Assembly: GCA_965218095.1 (NCBI GenBank)
Contig: OZ244587.1
Coordinates: 4,352,001 to 4,416,000 of the forward strand
Length of the DNA stretch: 64,000 nucleotides
Origin: Candidatus Poribacteria bacterium
Lineage (GTDB): Bacteria; Poribacteria; WGA-4E; PCPOR2b
Direction of reading: 5' to 3'
In this document: piece after piece, positions 1 through 10,489 of the stretch
Position numbering within the stretch: position 1 is the stretch's first letter
Layout of the letters: each line of letters begins with the position of its first letter
The notes under the pieces: model-generated
What the model was told of the DNA's origin: nothing
The model's input: the letters and a program-made list of their open reading frames with translations, nothing else
Database searches by the model: none
Made by a program: the position numbers and the translations under genes

Positions 1-350
1 ACACCCGGTCAGAGACATGACATAACTGAGGCAGAAGGGTTGATAATCGGATATAAAAGCGAGTATGTGATTGGAGACATGGAGACAAGGGATATGACTC
101 CGACAATTTTATCGCCGTTATTGAGGCGAATGGAGCGATTGCGGTGATACCGCCAAAAAGTCATCGTGTTGACCAAAGAACGTATGACAAACACTTATAC
201 AAAGAGAGACATCGGGTTGAATGTTTCATTAACAAGATAAAATGGTATCGCCGCATCTTCTCTCGGTTCGAGAAGTTAGCTATCCGTTATTTTGGATTTC
301 TCAGCTTTGTCGCCACTCTTATATGGCTCCCTTGAAATGTCAACAGAACC
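1..350 (+). mobile_element. IS5-family element (IS427-like, two-ORF), right part; copy 1, degraded
   Basis: C-terminal transposase (YKERHRVECFINKIKWYRRIFSRFEK) followed by TIR AAATGTCAACAGAACC ending at 350 and then TA. Near-identical to 14321-15140. An 8-bp duplication (TGGAGACA x2) near 72-88 disrupts the frame. Confidence 0.9.
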
Positions 351-720
351 TAGTTAGGGAGGGTTGACTTATGTTAATCAGCCTGCCTTCTTTGTTGACC
401 CCCCAATATAGCCAGCGCCTCGAGTGCGCTTGCGAAGGGTGCCGTTGAAGGTGTTCCCAAGTTTTCCCTCCGTCCGTCGACTTTGAAATAATTGTGAGTT
501 GGGAGGCGTAGATGGTTCCGTTCGGAGCCAGAACCAAGCGCACGTCCTGAACGTATCCCTGTGGATCTAGTGGCATCCTGGTCTTCTCCACCGGTGCTTT
601 CTTCAGCTTGCCGTTGCGGGCGTGCAAAATGTAGCCGCCAGCCTGCATCGCCTCGAGCTGCTCGGCACCGACCTCCACGCCGCCGAGGCGATCCGTCCGC
701 AAGTGCGTCGATTCTTCCAT
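351..720 (-). pseudogene. BNR/Asp-box (sialidase-like) protein, N-terminal part truncated by the IS5 insertion
   Basis: GGAGG RBS before the ATG at 720, Asp-box motif SKSTDGGKTW, and the ORF runs into the IS5 terminal repeat. Confidence 0.65.
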
Positions 721-1283
721 GCTTCCATCCTCCCTCGCTTACGCAGAATTCTTACGTCGAACTCACGTTAGTGTAGCATCCCGGCTGGTCCGCCGCCCAC
801 GCAGAACAGCTTGGCCTTGCCGCCCAGCAGCGACTGATTTGAGAGTTCACCATGATTTTTGAATCGCTATCCCCACCGATAGCGTATCTAAAGCAAAAGC
901 CTCGCCTATCGTCCAACAGGAAGGGTCATTATCCGCCGAAAATTGTTTGGTGCGCCTTGACCCATAAGCGCACATGACAGTCAGCCCGGTCGGTAGGGGC
1001 ATTTGTAGAAGTCTCTTTTGCCTGTCGGTGTCCTAGAAGCGATGGGCATAGGTCCTGCTGAAAAAGAGTTCGACTTTAGCGTGGTGATGAAGTCACCGCG
1101 CTAAAAAACCGCGCCCAATAAATTGGGCTCAAGCCCTCAAAAGTCCGACTCATCGGATGCCGTTTGGTAGCCTGCTGATTCATTAGCAGGCGGGGAGGTA
1201 CGCTAAATCCCTTAAATTAACGGCCATGGGGGGATATGGAATTTGCGCTAAATAAACAGGAAAACCAATGTGACTTTGACCGG

Positions 1284-1886
1284 TCATTTAGTTTCATTTA
1301 GCGCCTTCAGGTACTCACGCATCCACTGCCAGCCATCGCGAGCACCCCGCGCAGTGATAATGAGACCGTCCACCACCACCGGTGCCTCTACATACGTGGC
1401 CCCACAGACTTCGGCGTCGAACCGGCATTTCGCCACGGTGGCGATCTGCTTCCCCTTGATCACCCCGGCCATCGCCAGCACCTCAATCCCGTGGCAGACG
1501 GAGCCAACCGGTCGCCCTGCGTCCACCAGCCACTGCACAGTGTAAATTAGGTGCTCGTCGTAGCGAATGTATTCGGGCGCCCGGCCGCCACTGACCAACA
1601 GCCCCGCGTATTCCTCGGGGTTGATATCCCGGAAAGCGATGTCGGCATCCAGGTGATAGCCGGGACTTTCGCGAGTGATATCCCACCCCTCTGGCTGCTC
1701 GTGCAAGACAAGCGGGTAAGCCCGGACCTCGGGCGCCGCCACAACTACCTGATAACCAGCTTCTTGCAGACGCATCCACGGGTACAGCGTATCGGTCGCT
1801 TCGGCTGCGTCGCCAATGACCAAGAGAATTTTTCCTGTCGCCAAATCCTCTCCATTGGTTCGTCTCAGATGTCCTTCTATTGCCAT
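1284..1886 (-). CDS. DJ-1/PfpI family protein (protease/glyoxalase-like)
   Basis: Motifs GGRAPEYIR and GSVCHG (catalytic Cys-His), plus VVVDG-IITAR. Confidence 0.9.
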   Translation of the reverse strand: MAIEGHLRRTNGEDLATGKILLVIGDAAEATDTLYPWMRLQEAGYQVVVAAPEVRAYPLVLHEQPEGWDITRESPGYHLDADIAFRDINPEEYAGLLVSGGRAPEYIRYDEHLIYTVQWLVDAGRPVGSVCHGIEVLAMAGVIKGKQIATVAKCRFDAEVCGATYVEAPVVVDGLIITARGARDGWQWMREYLKALNETK

Positions 1887-1998
1887 TTTCTTTACCTCCA
1901 CTATTCTTAGTTATCACGGAGAGCCGGAAAGTCTTCTGAATATCTCTGGCTTTCCGGCTTTTTGACCTGCTGACTTTCCGTATCGATCAGTCCACGGC

Positions 1999-2660
1999 TC
2001 ATCTCACAACTGTGGTTTCTATGATTCGCACTGAATATTCCCCCGGATAGCGCGCGTTAGGCATATAAGGGTCTTCTATATCCAAGCTACCCGCCCGGAT
2101 TGTTATCTTGTTTGTCCTTTCTACCCTGAAGAAAGCGGTATTCTCGTAGACTCCCATCCAGATACTGCCGTAGAATCCTCCACTTCTGTGTGAGAACCAG
2201 TCTACTACCCCGCCGTGGCTATCCAGGTATTCTTGCTCTCTTGACTCTCCTTTGAACTGCCCCATGAGTACCCTTCTGCCGTAGTCGAAATGTATCCCAT
2301 TTAAGTTGTCGATTTGCTGTCTTTTCGGCGCGCCGGGTGCAAGGTCCTCGAGTTTTTCTTCGTCTTCCCCGTATTCGCAGACGACATACCCTTTGGGGCA
2401 ACATCCACTACTCACCACTGTAACCGCTACGATGGGTTGCTGCTCCTCGATAGTAATGAATCCCTTTTCAGGGATGACTCCATTCCTGTTTGAGTATCAT
2501 ACTCCGCAAAGTTTCCGAGGGTGACATTGACATAATTGAACGGCGACACGTACTCGTGGTGTTCGGTTGAAAAAGCTTCGGGCGTCTTTGGGGGCCCCAG
2601 CCTCTTCCTGTCTTCATCTGTGAATTGACTGAAGATCTTCACTGGCTCTCTTCTCATTTT
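1999..2660 (-). pseudogene. Hypothetical protein, apparently split by a frameshift/stop near 2500
   Basis: Two consecutive minus-strand ORFs (2427-2687 and 1999-2418). The frame of the second stays open upstream to ~2500. GGAGG precedes the first. No recognisable family. Confidence 0.35.
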
Positions 2661-2850
2661 AACAATACCTCCTTGGGGTTGCTCCAAATAATGGAGTGAT
2701 GCAGGGGAGGGTTTCTACGCTTGAAGGCGGGTTCAGAGCCCCGTCATACAACTGAACTTATAGCGAGTAAAACGCGCGCTTCTCCTGTCATCCTCAACGA
2801 AGGGACGGATCTCTTGCACCTTAACGAGGAGATTCTTCGCTGCGCTCTAT

Positions 2851-3179
2851 TAGACTTCCAAGAAACTACCCGCAATGCACTCTATAACCTTTGGTGCTAG
2901 TTTTGGAATGTGGATTTAATAACGACGGGCATAAAGCCCTGGACCACGGAAAATCGTGTCGTAGCCTAGTACACGTCGGCAGAAGTATCTGAGCCTCCCA
3001 GCCTCGATTCTCCCCCTTGCAGAGCCCCACTAGGCGGGATTAAGAAACCTGCTCCGAGCCATCGGAGGGGAATTAGAGGGGGTCAAGAACTTACGCCACC
3101 CTGCTCTAGTCCCTTGTGGGTGTTGAGTTTGGTACGAACCTAGCACCATTGGTTTTATAGTAGTTACGCAAGTTGTCTA
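2851..3179. repeat. Degenerate MITE-like element with nested long-range inverted repeats
   Basis: Ends TAGAC.../...GTCTA. Internal CTATAACCTTTGGTGCTAG (~2882) pairs imperfectly with CTAGCACCATTGGTTTTATAG (~3140). Confidence 0.4.
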
Positions 3180-3249
3180 CCGAAATGTTAATCCCAATTC
3201 GCATGAGGGAATTGTTAAAGCGGCGTTTTTAGCCATCTTGTGAAGATAC

Positions 3250-4952
3250 CTAACTCTTCGCTTTGATGCGTCCCCAACTGGCAGCCAATTTGCCATTGGC
3301 ATCCACGGAGAATCGCCCCCCAAGTCCCCCATTTATGAACTTTTCGATCTCTGCTTCGTCTAACGCCCGGTTGAAAATCGCAGGTTCGTCTATCGCTCCC
3401 ATCATCCAAAACTGGTTTCCATTTCCTCCAGCGCCAATTGTTACATCAGCTAAGCTGAACTCCGGCTCCCCACACTGTGTCTCCTCTTTATTCCCATCAA
3501 TGTAGGCGCGTAGAGTTCCCTTCTCAACAGTCATAACGCAATAGTGCCACTTGTCATCAGTGACTTTCGCTTGGCTGTCTATCCGCGTATCTGCCGGATC
3601 ATGGAGGTTAAAGTGGATGCCCCCATTAACTGGGATGACGAACATGCCGTAGTTTCTTCTGTTAAGCGTTTTTGTGAGTATGGTCTGCCAAGTATTCTTG
3701 CGGTTGCACTTAACCCACGCGGCGATCGTGAAAGCCTTTAAATCGAAGTCTTTGTGATGTTTAATCTTGACAAAACTATTAGAGGGAACCCAAGTTGCGA
3801 CCTATTCATCGAATATGTGAGTGAACTCAGAGCTGATTGATACTGCTAGCCAATACAAACAAGACCACTTTCAATTCAAATCCGTGTCGCGTTACTGCAT
3901 GGATTGAACGTGGAAGCAGTTTGTTAATCAAACTGCCAGCCGTCTCAACAGACTTACGATGGTAATTAGCCAAGTAGGTCTCCCATGGTGGATACAGCCG
4001 CTTGGAATTCTTCTTGCGTACTGGCTTTAATTCGACTCCGACTGATGTAACAATATCTTCTATCTCATAATTATTGTATGCTTTGTCACCATAGCCCGGT
4101 GGCAAGTCGAAGTCAAACCACTGTAACCCTTCAACGTCCCCTGTACTGGCTGGGGTCACAAAAAATTCAACAGGGTGTCGACTCGCAGTCACTAGCAGAT
4201 GAACTTTCAAGCCATAGAAATACCGACGTTTGGACGCTTGATAGCCTCGATATGCCTTATCGGTGTAGATTTTTGACCGACGAATGCGGAACAAACAGCA
4301 ATTGGTATGGTATCCAGTGCATAGATTTTCTGTTGATTAAGTTGCACATAGCTTCGTCCCAAGATTTTGAACAATGTGGTGAACATCGGTTTAATTCGAT
4401 GAAGTCGTCGGTTGAATCGACTTTTTGAAAGCATCTTGGGTATATAGCCATGAGTCTTTAGAAAGTCACAAGTGGTTTGCAAGTTTGCCCCGAAGAACAA
4501 CGCAGCGACGATGCCGGTGGTCATCACTTCGGCATCAGACATCTGCGTTTGTGGGTGTGGTTTTGAGTTGAGTGCTTCTAAGAGCTTGTCACAGAGATAG
4601 AAAATGGTTGCAATTTGGATGTCCATGGGTTTCTCCTTTGGTTTCTCCTTTGAGGTATTATGGTTTGGATTACCTCTACTTTAACGGAAAACCCATGGAT
4701 TTTCAATTACTAGCAACTTGGGTTAGAGGGACCAAAACTCAAAGCTTGTCCGAATTTCCCCTTGACCCACTTGGCTTTGATGATTCTTCCATCATGCCCG
4801 TTGCCAGAGACATCCCTTGCCACTTTTCCTTCCCCTTCGTCAAAAGTCCATGCCGCGACGAGTCCCGCTATCTCTATTGCCCTGGCATCTGATATGCCTA
4901 TTGTTATCAGAATGCAGATACCAATAAGACTCATCCAAATTTTCTTGCTCAT
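3250..4952 (-). pseudogene. Secreted LamG (concanavalin A-like) domain protein interrupted by an IS982-family element
   Basis: Signal peptide and LVAAWTFDEGEG...GKFGQALSF. Removing the IS and one TSD rejoins it in frame (GPS|NSFVKIKHH...FTIAAWVK...GAIDEPAIFNRAL...GKLAASWGRIK). Confidence 0.85.
3788..4723 (-). mobile_element. IS982-family insertion sequence with a frameshifted transposase
   Basis: TIRs ACCCAAGTTGC / GCAACTTGGGT and an 8-bp TSD TAGAGGGA (3780-3787 and 4724-4731). Transposase motifs MSDAEVMT, SRFNRR, YFYGLKVHLLV and YGDKAY are split over ORFs 4207-4626 and 3827-4294. Confidence 0.92.
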
Positions 4953-5002
4953 TTTACCCCTTTCACTTTTTTAAGTGATTATGAATAAATGTCTTCCATA
5001 AT

Positions 5003-5088
5003 TCCCCTCACTCTAACCTTCTCCCACCAGGGGAGAGGGAACTATTTCTCCCCTTGCCCTTGACGGGAGAGGGGCCGGGGGTGAGGGC
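5003..5088. repeat. REP-like compound palindrome (CCCTCACxCxxxCCTCTCCC...GGGAGAGGG)
   Basis: CCCCTCACTCTAACCTTCTCCCACCAGGGGAGAGGG followed by the inverted unit GGGAGAGGGGCCGGGGGTGAGGG. Confidence 0.6.
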
Positions 5089-5257
5089 GAAAACGTAAAA
5101 GGAAATAATTCAAACTTACTTGACATTTTACCGCAACACTTCCGTTGAAATTTCTCGGACGAAACGAACCTTCTCGAAAAAAGCATAAGCGGTTGTCATT
5201 TCGCGGAGTCGCGAGCCAATTGAACATCTTTTCACTCACTAGCCGGTAATCGGGTTT

Positions 5258-6517
5258 CTATAAGACCAACTTCGGCTCTTTATAGCAGTTGAAAGCAACC
5301 AGCAGCGACTTCAGGATGCGCAGGGATATCCCCTCCTGCCATTCCACCACTTCGCTCGCAAGCCACAGTCCCGGCAGACAGCGAAGCAACGTGTTGAAGG
5401 CGATTTGACCCTCCAGCCGGGCCAGCGGCCCGCCCAGGCAGAAGTGGATTCCGTAACCGAACGCCACGTGCCGGTTCTCCTGCCGGCTGATGTCGAATCG
5501 ATCAGGATCCGGAAACTGCGACGAATCCCGGTTGGCTGCGCCCAGCATGGCCCAAATACGCTGCCCCTGCTCAATGCGTTTTCCGTGCAGTTCGAAATCT
5601 TGCTTGGCCACCCGTGAAATGCGTTGTATTGAACTATCGTAACGCAAGAATTCCTCCACCGCAGTTTTGATCGATGAGGGCTCGTTCTTCAGTTTTTGCA
5701 ATTGATCGGGGTGCTGCAGGAGCGCCAGCAGGCCGTTCCCGATCAACCCCGTCGTTGTCTCGTGGCCGGCGAGGAGCAGAAAGGAGCACATCCCGAACAA
5801 CTCCGTCTCGCTGAGCTTGTCGCTCTGCTCCTCAACGGCGACAAGAGCACTCATCAAGTCTTCCTGGGGGTGCTGCTGGCGTTGGTCGAATAAGCCGCGC
5901 AGGTAATCCGTCTGTTCAAGTGCGCTCTGATTGGCGCGCCGGGCGATGTTGGGGAAGGTTGGGCTAACCCCCTCCAAGAACGCGGCAATGTCGTCGGCCC
6001 AATGTTTGAACTGATCGCGATCTTCCGGGGGGACCCCCAGCATCTCGGCGATCACAATGGCCGGCAAGGGGTAAGCAAAATCGCGGATCACTTCCATGCA
6101 CCCGGTATCCTTGACCGCGTCAAGCAACTCGTCCACAATCGCCTGAATACGTGGGCGCAGGCGCTCCAGCATACGTGGGGTGAAGGCTTTACCCACCAGT
6201 GCCCGGAGACGCGTATGGTCCGGTGGGTCATAGTTCGACATGAACGCTAAGAGACAACGCCGGAGCGGCTGCATCTCCGCCTGCATCGCCTCCGGCAACT
6301 GCTTGAATAATAAACTTTGTCGTTCAGCGGTCAGGCGTGGATCATATTGCAAGGCGAACTTGACATCGTCGTAACGGGTGAGGATCCAACTGTTTGCCAA
6401 GTCGCTCCAGTGGACAGGATCTTCGGACCGGAGCTGCTCATAGAGAGGATAGGGGTTTGCCAACTGCCCTCTACAAAATAGTGTGTATTCGTCGAGCGTC
6501 TGATTATCTTCTTGCAT
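5258..6517 (-). CDS. Cytochrome P450 (CYP107/BioI-like bacterial type), copy A
   Basis: DPPDHTRLR, I-helix LLAGHETT, ExxR (EEFLRY), heme motif FGYGIHFCLG. RBS before the ATG at 6517. Confidence 0.95.
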   Translation of the reverse strand: MQEDNQTLDEYTLFCRGQLANPYPLYEQLRSEDPVHWSDLANSWILTRYDDVKFALQYDPRLTAERQSLLFKQLPEAMQAEMQPLRRCLLAFMSNYDPPDHTRLRALVGKAFTPRMLERLRPRIQAIVDELLDAVKDTGCMEVIRDFAYPLPAIVIAEMLGVPPEDRDQFKHWADDIAAFLEGVSPTFPNIARRANQSALEQTDYLRGLFDQRQQHPQEDLMSALVAVEEQSDKLSETELFGMCSFLLLAGHETTTGLIGNGLLALLQHPDQLQKLKNEPSSIKTAVEEFLRYDSSIQRISRVAKQDFELHGKRIEQGQRIWAMLGAANRDSSQFPDPDRFDISRQENRHVAFGYGIHFCLGGPLARLEGQIAFNTLLRCLPGLWLASEVVEWQEGISLRILKSLLVAFNCYKEPKLVL

Positions 6518-6577
6518 AGCTATCCTCGATTTCCCACTACGCTGCACATAACCTGCGCTAATGACGTATAATCTTCA

Positions 6578-6705
6578 TAGGACTTACGCAATTGAATCGG
6601 TATCCCCCAACCTTCTGTGCATCTTACATCTTGTATCGGATTCAGGATTCAAGATGCGGGATGCGGTCAAATCGCAGGTTCTGCACATCGGCTGCGTAAG
6701 TCCTA
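6578..6705. mobile_element. MITE, TIR family YAGGACTTACGCA, copy 1
   Basis: TAGGACTTACGCA...TGCGTAAGTCCTA with a 5-bp TSD CTTCA. Body near-identical to 16894-17025. Confidence 0.85.
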
Positions 6706-6707
6706 CT

Positions 6708-7940
6708 TCAGTTGAAAGCAACCGGCAGCAACTTCAGGGTGCGCAGGGATACCCCCTCCTGCCACTCCAGCACTTCGCTCGCCAGTCGCAGTCCCGGCAG
6801 CCGGCGAAGCAGCGTGTTGAAGGCGATTGCCCCCTCAAGACGCGCCAACGCCGCACCCAGGCAATGATGAACCCCATGGCCAAAGGCGACGTGCCGGTTC
6901 TTCTGCCGGCTGATGTCAAGCCGGTCAGGTTCGGGAAACTGGGCTGGGTCCCGGTTCGCCGCGCCCTGCATCGCCCAGATACGCTGTCCCTGTCTAATTT
7001 GCTTGCCGCCCAGTTCGAAGGCTTGCACCGCCACGCGGGAAATGCGCTGAATTGAACTGTCGTAACGCAAGAATTCTTCGACAGCAGTCTTGATCAGTGA
7101 GGGATCGTTCCTCAGTTTCTGCATCTGATCCGGGTGCTGCAGCAGCGCCAGCAGGCCATTGCCAATCAGCCCCGTCGTCGTTTCATGGCCGGCTTCTAGT
7201 ATGAAGGAGCACATCCCAAACAACTCCGCCTCGCTCAATCTATCGCCCGCCTCCTCGACAGCGACGAGCGCGCTGATCAGGTCCTCCTGGGGATGCTGCC
7301 GGCGCTCGGCGAATAAGCGGCCCAGGTAGTCTGTCAGCTCAAGCACGCTCTGATTGGTGCGCCTGGCAACGGCAGCATAGTCTTCGCCAACTCCCTCGAA
7401 AAACTCGGCAATATCGTCAGACCACTGCTTGAACTGATCGCGATCTTCCGGGGGGACCCCCAGCATCTCAGCGACCACGATGGCCGGCAAGGGATAGGCA
7501 AATTCGCGGATCACCTCCATACGTCCACTGTGGTAGACGGCATCGACCAGTTCGTCTACAATCTCTTGAATACGCGGGCGCAAGCATTCTAACATGCGTG
7601 GCGTGAAGGTTTTGTTCACCAACGTCCGCAGACGAGTGTGGTCCGGTGGGTCATAGTACTGCAAAAACGTTGAGAGGTGCTGTCGGAGCGGCTCCACCTC
7701 TATCTGCGTCGCCTCCGGTAACTGCTGAATTAACGGACTGAGCCGTTCCGCGGTCAGGCGCGGATCGTATTGCAAGGCGAACTGGACATCGTCGTAGCGG
7801 GTGAGGATCCAACTGTTCGCTAAGTCGCTCCAGTGGACAGGATCTTCGGACCGGAGCTGATGATAGAGAGGATAAGGGTTTGCCAACCACCCTCTACAAA
7901 ACAGCGTGTATTCATCGAGCGTCTGATTATTTTCTTGCAT
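6708..7940 (-). CDS. Cytochrome P450, copy B (tandem paralogue)
   Basis: DPPDHTRLR, LEAGHETT, EEFLRY, FGHGVHHCLG. GGAGG RBS. Confidence 0.95.
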   Translation of the reverse strand: MQENNQTLDEYTLFCRGWLANPYPLYHQLRSEDPVHWSDLANSWILTRYDDVQFALQYDPRLTAERLSPLIQQLPEATQIEVEPLRQHLSTFLQYYDPPDHTRLRTLVNKTFTPRMLECLRPRIQEIVDELVDAVYHSGRMEVIREFAYPLPAIVVAEMLGVPPEDRDQFKQWSDDIAEFFEGVGEDYAAVARRTNQSVLELTDYLGRLFAERRQHPQEDLISALVAVEEAGDRLSEAELFGMCSFILEAGHETTTGLIGNGLLALLQHPDQMQKLRNDPSLIKTAVEEFLRYDSSIQRISRVAVQAFELGGKQIRQGQRIWAMQGAANRDPAQFPEPDRLDISRQKNRHVAFGHGVHHCLGAALARLEGAIAFNTLLRRLPGLRLASEVLEWQEGVSLRTLKLLPVAFN

Positions 7941-7953
7941 AGCTATCCTCCAA

Positions 7954-8730
7954 CTACTTAGGCGCAGAAGCCGCGCCGACCATACAGCCACCGTCGGTAA
8001 GAATAGTAGATCCTGTCAGATAATCGGAAGCCTCAGAAGCTAGGAAACCTACCGTTTCGGCAACGTCTTCTACCTGTTGTATTTTGCCAAGGGGAATGAG
8101 ATTCATGAACTCTTCGCGAAATTCGGGGAATTCTTCCATTTCTCGCGCCGTTAATCCGCCCTCGACGATTCCGGGAGCGACAACATTGACAGTGATGCCA
8201 TAAGGCGCCAATTCTAAAGCCGCGCAGCGGGCAAGCATCCACACGCCCGCCTTCGACACGCAGTAAGGGGCGATGAGCGTGTAGGGAACATCCTGAACCC
8301 AGGATCCAGTGAAAATAATCTTACCTTTCTGTTTTGATTCGACCCATCTCTGCGCGACAGCCTGGCAAACGTGGAAGTAGCCTGTCAGGTTAATGTCGAG
8401 ATGTTGCTGCCATTGCTCAACCGTATATTCAAGGAAAGGCACATTCATGCTTATACCCGCATTGCACATGCAGACATCCAATCGACCAAATTCTTCCCAT
8501 AGTTTATCCATGGTGCCCTCGACTAATCCTCTGTCAACCACGTCAGCCTTCAAGTACAGAACCTTTATTCCCTTTTCCCTCAAGGCTCGAATTCGTGCAT
8601 TTGCCTGCTCCTCATCTACCCGATCCAGGAGCGCCAGATTCATCCCCATGTCACCCATCTTTTGAGCTGAGGCAAATCCGATATCTCCCGCACCTCCTGT
8701 GATTAGGGCTACCTTTGTGTCAGGCGCCAT
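7954..8730 (-). CDS. SDR-family NAD(P)-dependent oxidoreductase
   Basis: TGGAGDIG, NAG, YCVSK (YxxxK), ITVNVVAPG and a C-terminal DGG. Confidence 0.92.
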   Translation of the reverse strand: MAPDTKVALITGGAGDIGFASAQKMGDMGMNLALLDRVDEEQANARIRALREKGIKVLYLKADVVDRGLVEGTMDKLWEEFGRLDVCMCNAGISMNVPFLEYTVEQWQQHLDINLTGYFHVCQAVAQRWVESKQKGKIIFTGSWVQDVPYTLIAPYCVSKAGVWMLARCAALELAPYGITVNVVAPGIVEGGLTAREMEEFPEFREEFMNLIPLGKIQQVEDVAETVGFLASEASDYLTGSTILTDGGCMVGAASAPK

Positions 8731-8808
8731 CTTTGCACCTCCATTATTTTTTGGATTCTATCGATTCAATTCTGCTCCATTGGCCTGGAAAAGTACCGGA
8801 AGGTGTAA

Positions 8809-8914
8809 TGGTCAACAGGATGATAGACACTTTTGCTCACCAAATCTAAGCGACAAATCGTAGGGTGGGCAGTGCCCACCCTACAAGGAATGATGTCTAC
8901 CATCTTCCTGACTA
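8809..8914. repeat. Imperfect-TIR MITE carrying a GTAG-type REP hairpin
   Basis: TGGTCAACAGGATGATAGACA / TGTCTACCATCTTCCTGACTA enclose the palindrome GTAGGGTGGGCAGTGCCCACCCTAC (~8860-8884). Confidence 0.55.
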
Positions 8915-8945
8915 ATACATTCTTTTGGAATTTTCAAACAGCCTC

Positions 8946-9701
8946 TTAGCGCGCTCTCTTTATCGCTCCCCAAAACGTGGCGAGCTTCCCCGAGGCACCC
9001 ACCGCGGCGACGCCTATATCTTTCTGAAACGCATCCCTTATCTCTTTTTCTGTCCGTGCGACCTTCGAAATACGAAGATTATCCAGCGCACCGTTGAAGA
9101 ACCCTCTCGTTCCGTCTTCTGCACCGATGAACAGATCACTGGCGCCGCCAAGGTCCCCATTCCTACCCTTCTCCACGGCGAGCTTTGCATCCACATAAAG
9201 TTTCATCTTCTTCCCGTCATAGACCGCGGCATAGTGATGCCACTCGCCAACAGGCACAGTCTTTTCTGTGTTCATATCGGTTTGACCCTTGACGGTATCA
9301 ATCATCATGTAAACGGCAAAGCTACCCCCCGCCCAGAACATCAGCTCAAATCCTCCACCCGCTCTCTTATCGAAGATCAAATCATTATCACCCCCGTGAT
9401 CCCGTTTCGCCCATGCCTCAAAAGTGATATTTTTTCTGATATTCAACGTATCTGATTTTTTAACCAGGATGAAGGATTTCCCATCGAATTCATAACCATT
9501 ACCCCACTTCCCCCTGACGATCTTGATTTTGCCCTGAATCTTTCCATCATTGCCGTTCCCGGAAAGATCTTTGACCGTCTTACCGTTGATTTCTTCACAC
9601 GGAAACAGTAATACTGTATCGGCATCTTCGGAGAACCCAACAACGGGGGCAACCGTTAAAAACAATACGGCTGCCAGAAAAACAGTGAATTTTTTCATCA
9701 C
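8946..9701 (-). CDS. Secreted LamG domain protein
   Basis: Signal peptide, DLSGNGNDG, ITFEAW, WHHYAAVYDG, FNGALDNLRISKVART and C-terminal GKLATFWGAIK. Confidence 0.9.
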   Translation of the reverse strand: MMKKFTVFLAAVLFLTVAPVVGFSEDADTVLLFPCEEINGKTVKDLSGNGNDGKIQGKIKIVRGKWGNGYEFDGKSFILVKKSDTLNIRKNITFEAWAKRDHGGDNDLIFDKRAGGGFELMFWAGGSFAVYMMIDTVKGQTDMNTEKTVPVGEWHHYAAVYDGKKMKLYVDAKLAVEKGRNGDLGGASDLFIGAEDGTRGFFNGALDNLRISKVARTEKEIRDAFQKDIGVAAVGASGKLATFWGAIKRAR

Positions 9702-9851
9702 GAAAACCTCCTTTTATTTTGACAATGTGAACTTGACTTTGTCACATGAAAATGAATGGTACTGAAGTCAGACCTTATTCTGGGCTGTACGAAGCGAAGT
9801 CTATAGGCTCGTCAGCGGTACCGTAAATAATGAACCACAGAAACGGTCCTA

Positions 9852-9973
9852 GGGCGTGTTGACGAATTCCTCTTGCTCCCTTTGGATTGGCAAATCCAAG
9901 GATCGGGAAATGCCTTTCCCAATCGAGCAAAAGCGCGTCACGAGTGCGTTTCCCCGAGTTCGTCAACACGCCC
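9852..9973. mobile_element. 122-bp MITE with IS5-like ends
   Basis: Perfect TIR GGGCGTGTTGACGAA / TTCGTCAACACGCCC flanked by TA on both sides. Confidence 0.8.
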
Positions 9974-10489
9974 TAAACCGGCATTGGAGGGAATTACCCA
10001 TTACGTGTTTTGCCCTGGGTCTATCCAGATATCTGGGGGAATGAGCCCTTGAAGGTACATTGGCTTTCTCTCCAAGTCGCATGAATTCTACACAATTTAT
10101 TCTACACGAAATCGGCACCATTGTCAAGCGCCATCTCGTAAAGGGTGTGGCAAGAACTTGTCAGTCTATCAAAGTCGCCGGGGCTATTGGTCCGTCTTCC
10201 TGAGCGCAATATAGCCTCCTTGGGGAACGCCCAGGTCAACCAGCAAAGCTCCGTCCGTGGCGCTCAAGTTCGTCTCCGAAAGCAGCGTTGGATCATAGTT
10301 ATGTACCATCGCCGCAAACTCACCCTCAACATCCGAGAGGATCGTGTACAGGGCGTCCTCGTTGGTGCAATTGAACAGGTAGATCTCCGCCGCTTCCTGG
10401 TTGAGCGGCACTTTCAGCGCCGGGAAGTTGGCATAGTGCACAAAGTCCTTCCGGCCATGCTCAACCTTGATCGTCGAGAACAGGACATC

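Noticed and set aside
6561-7055. Plus-strand ORFs sharing 'SDSGFKM.DAVKSQVLHIGCVSP' (also 16944-17147)
   Set aside because: The similarity comes from translating two copies of the same MITE.
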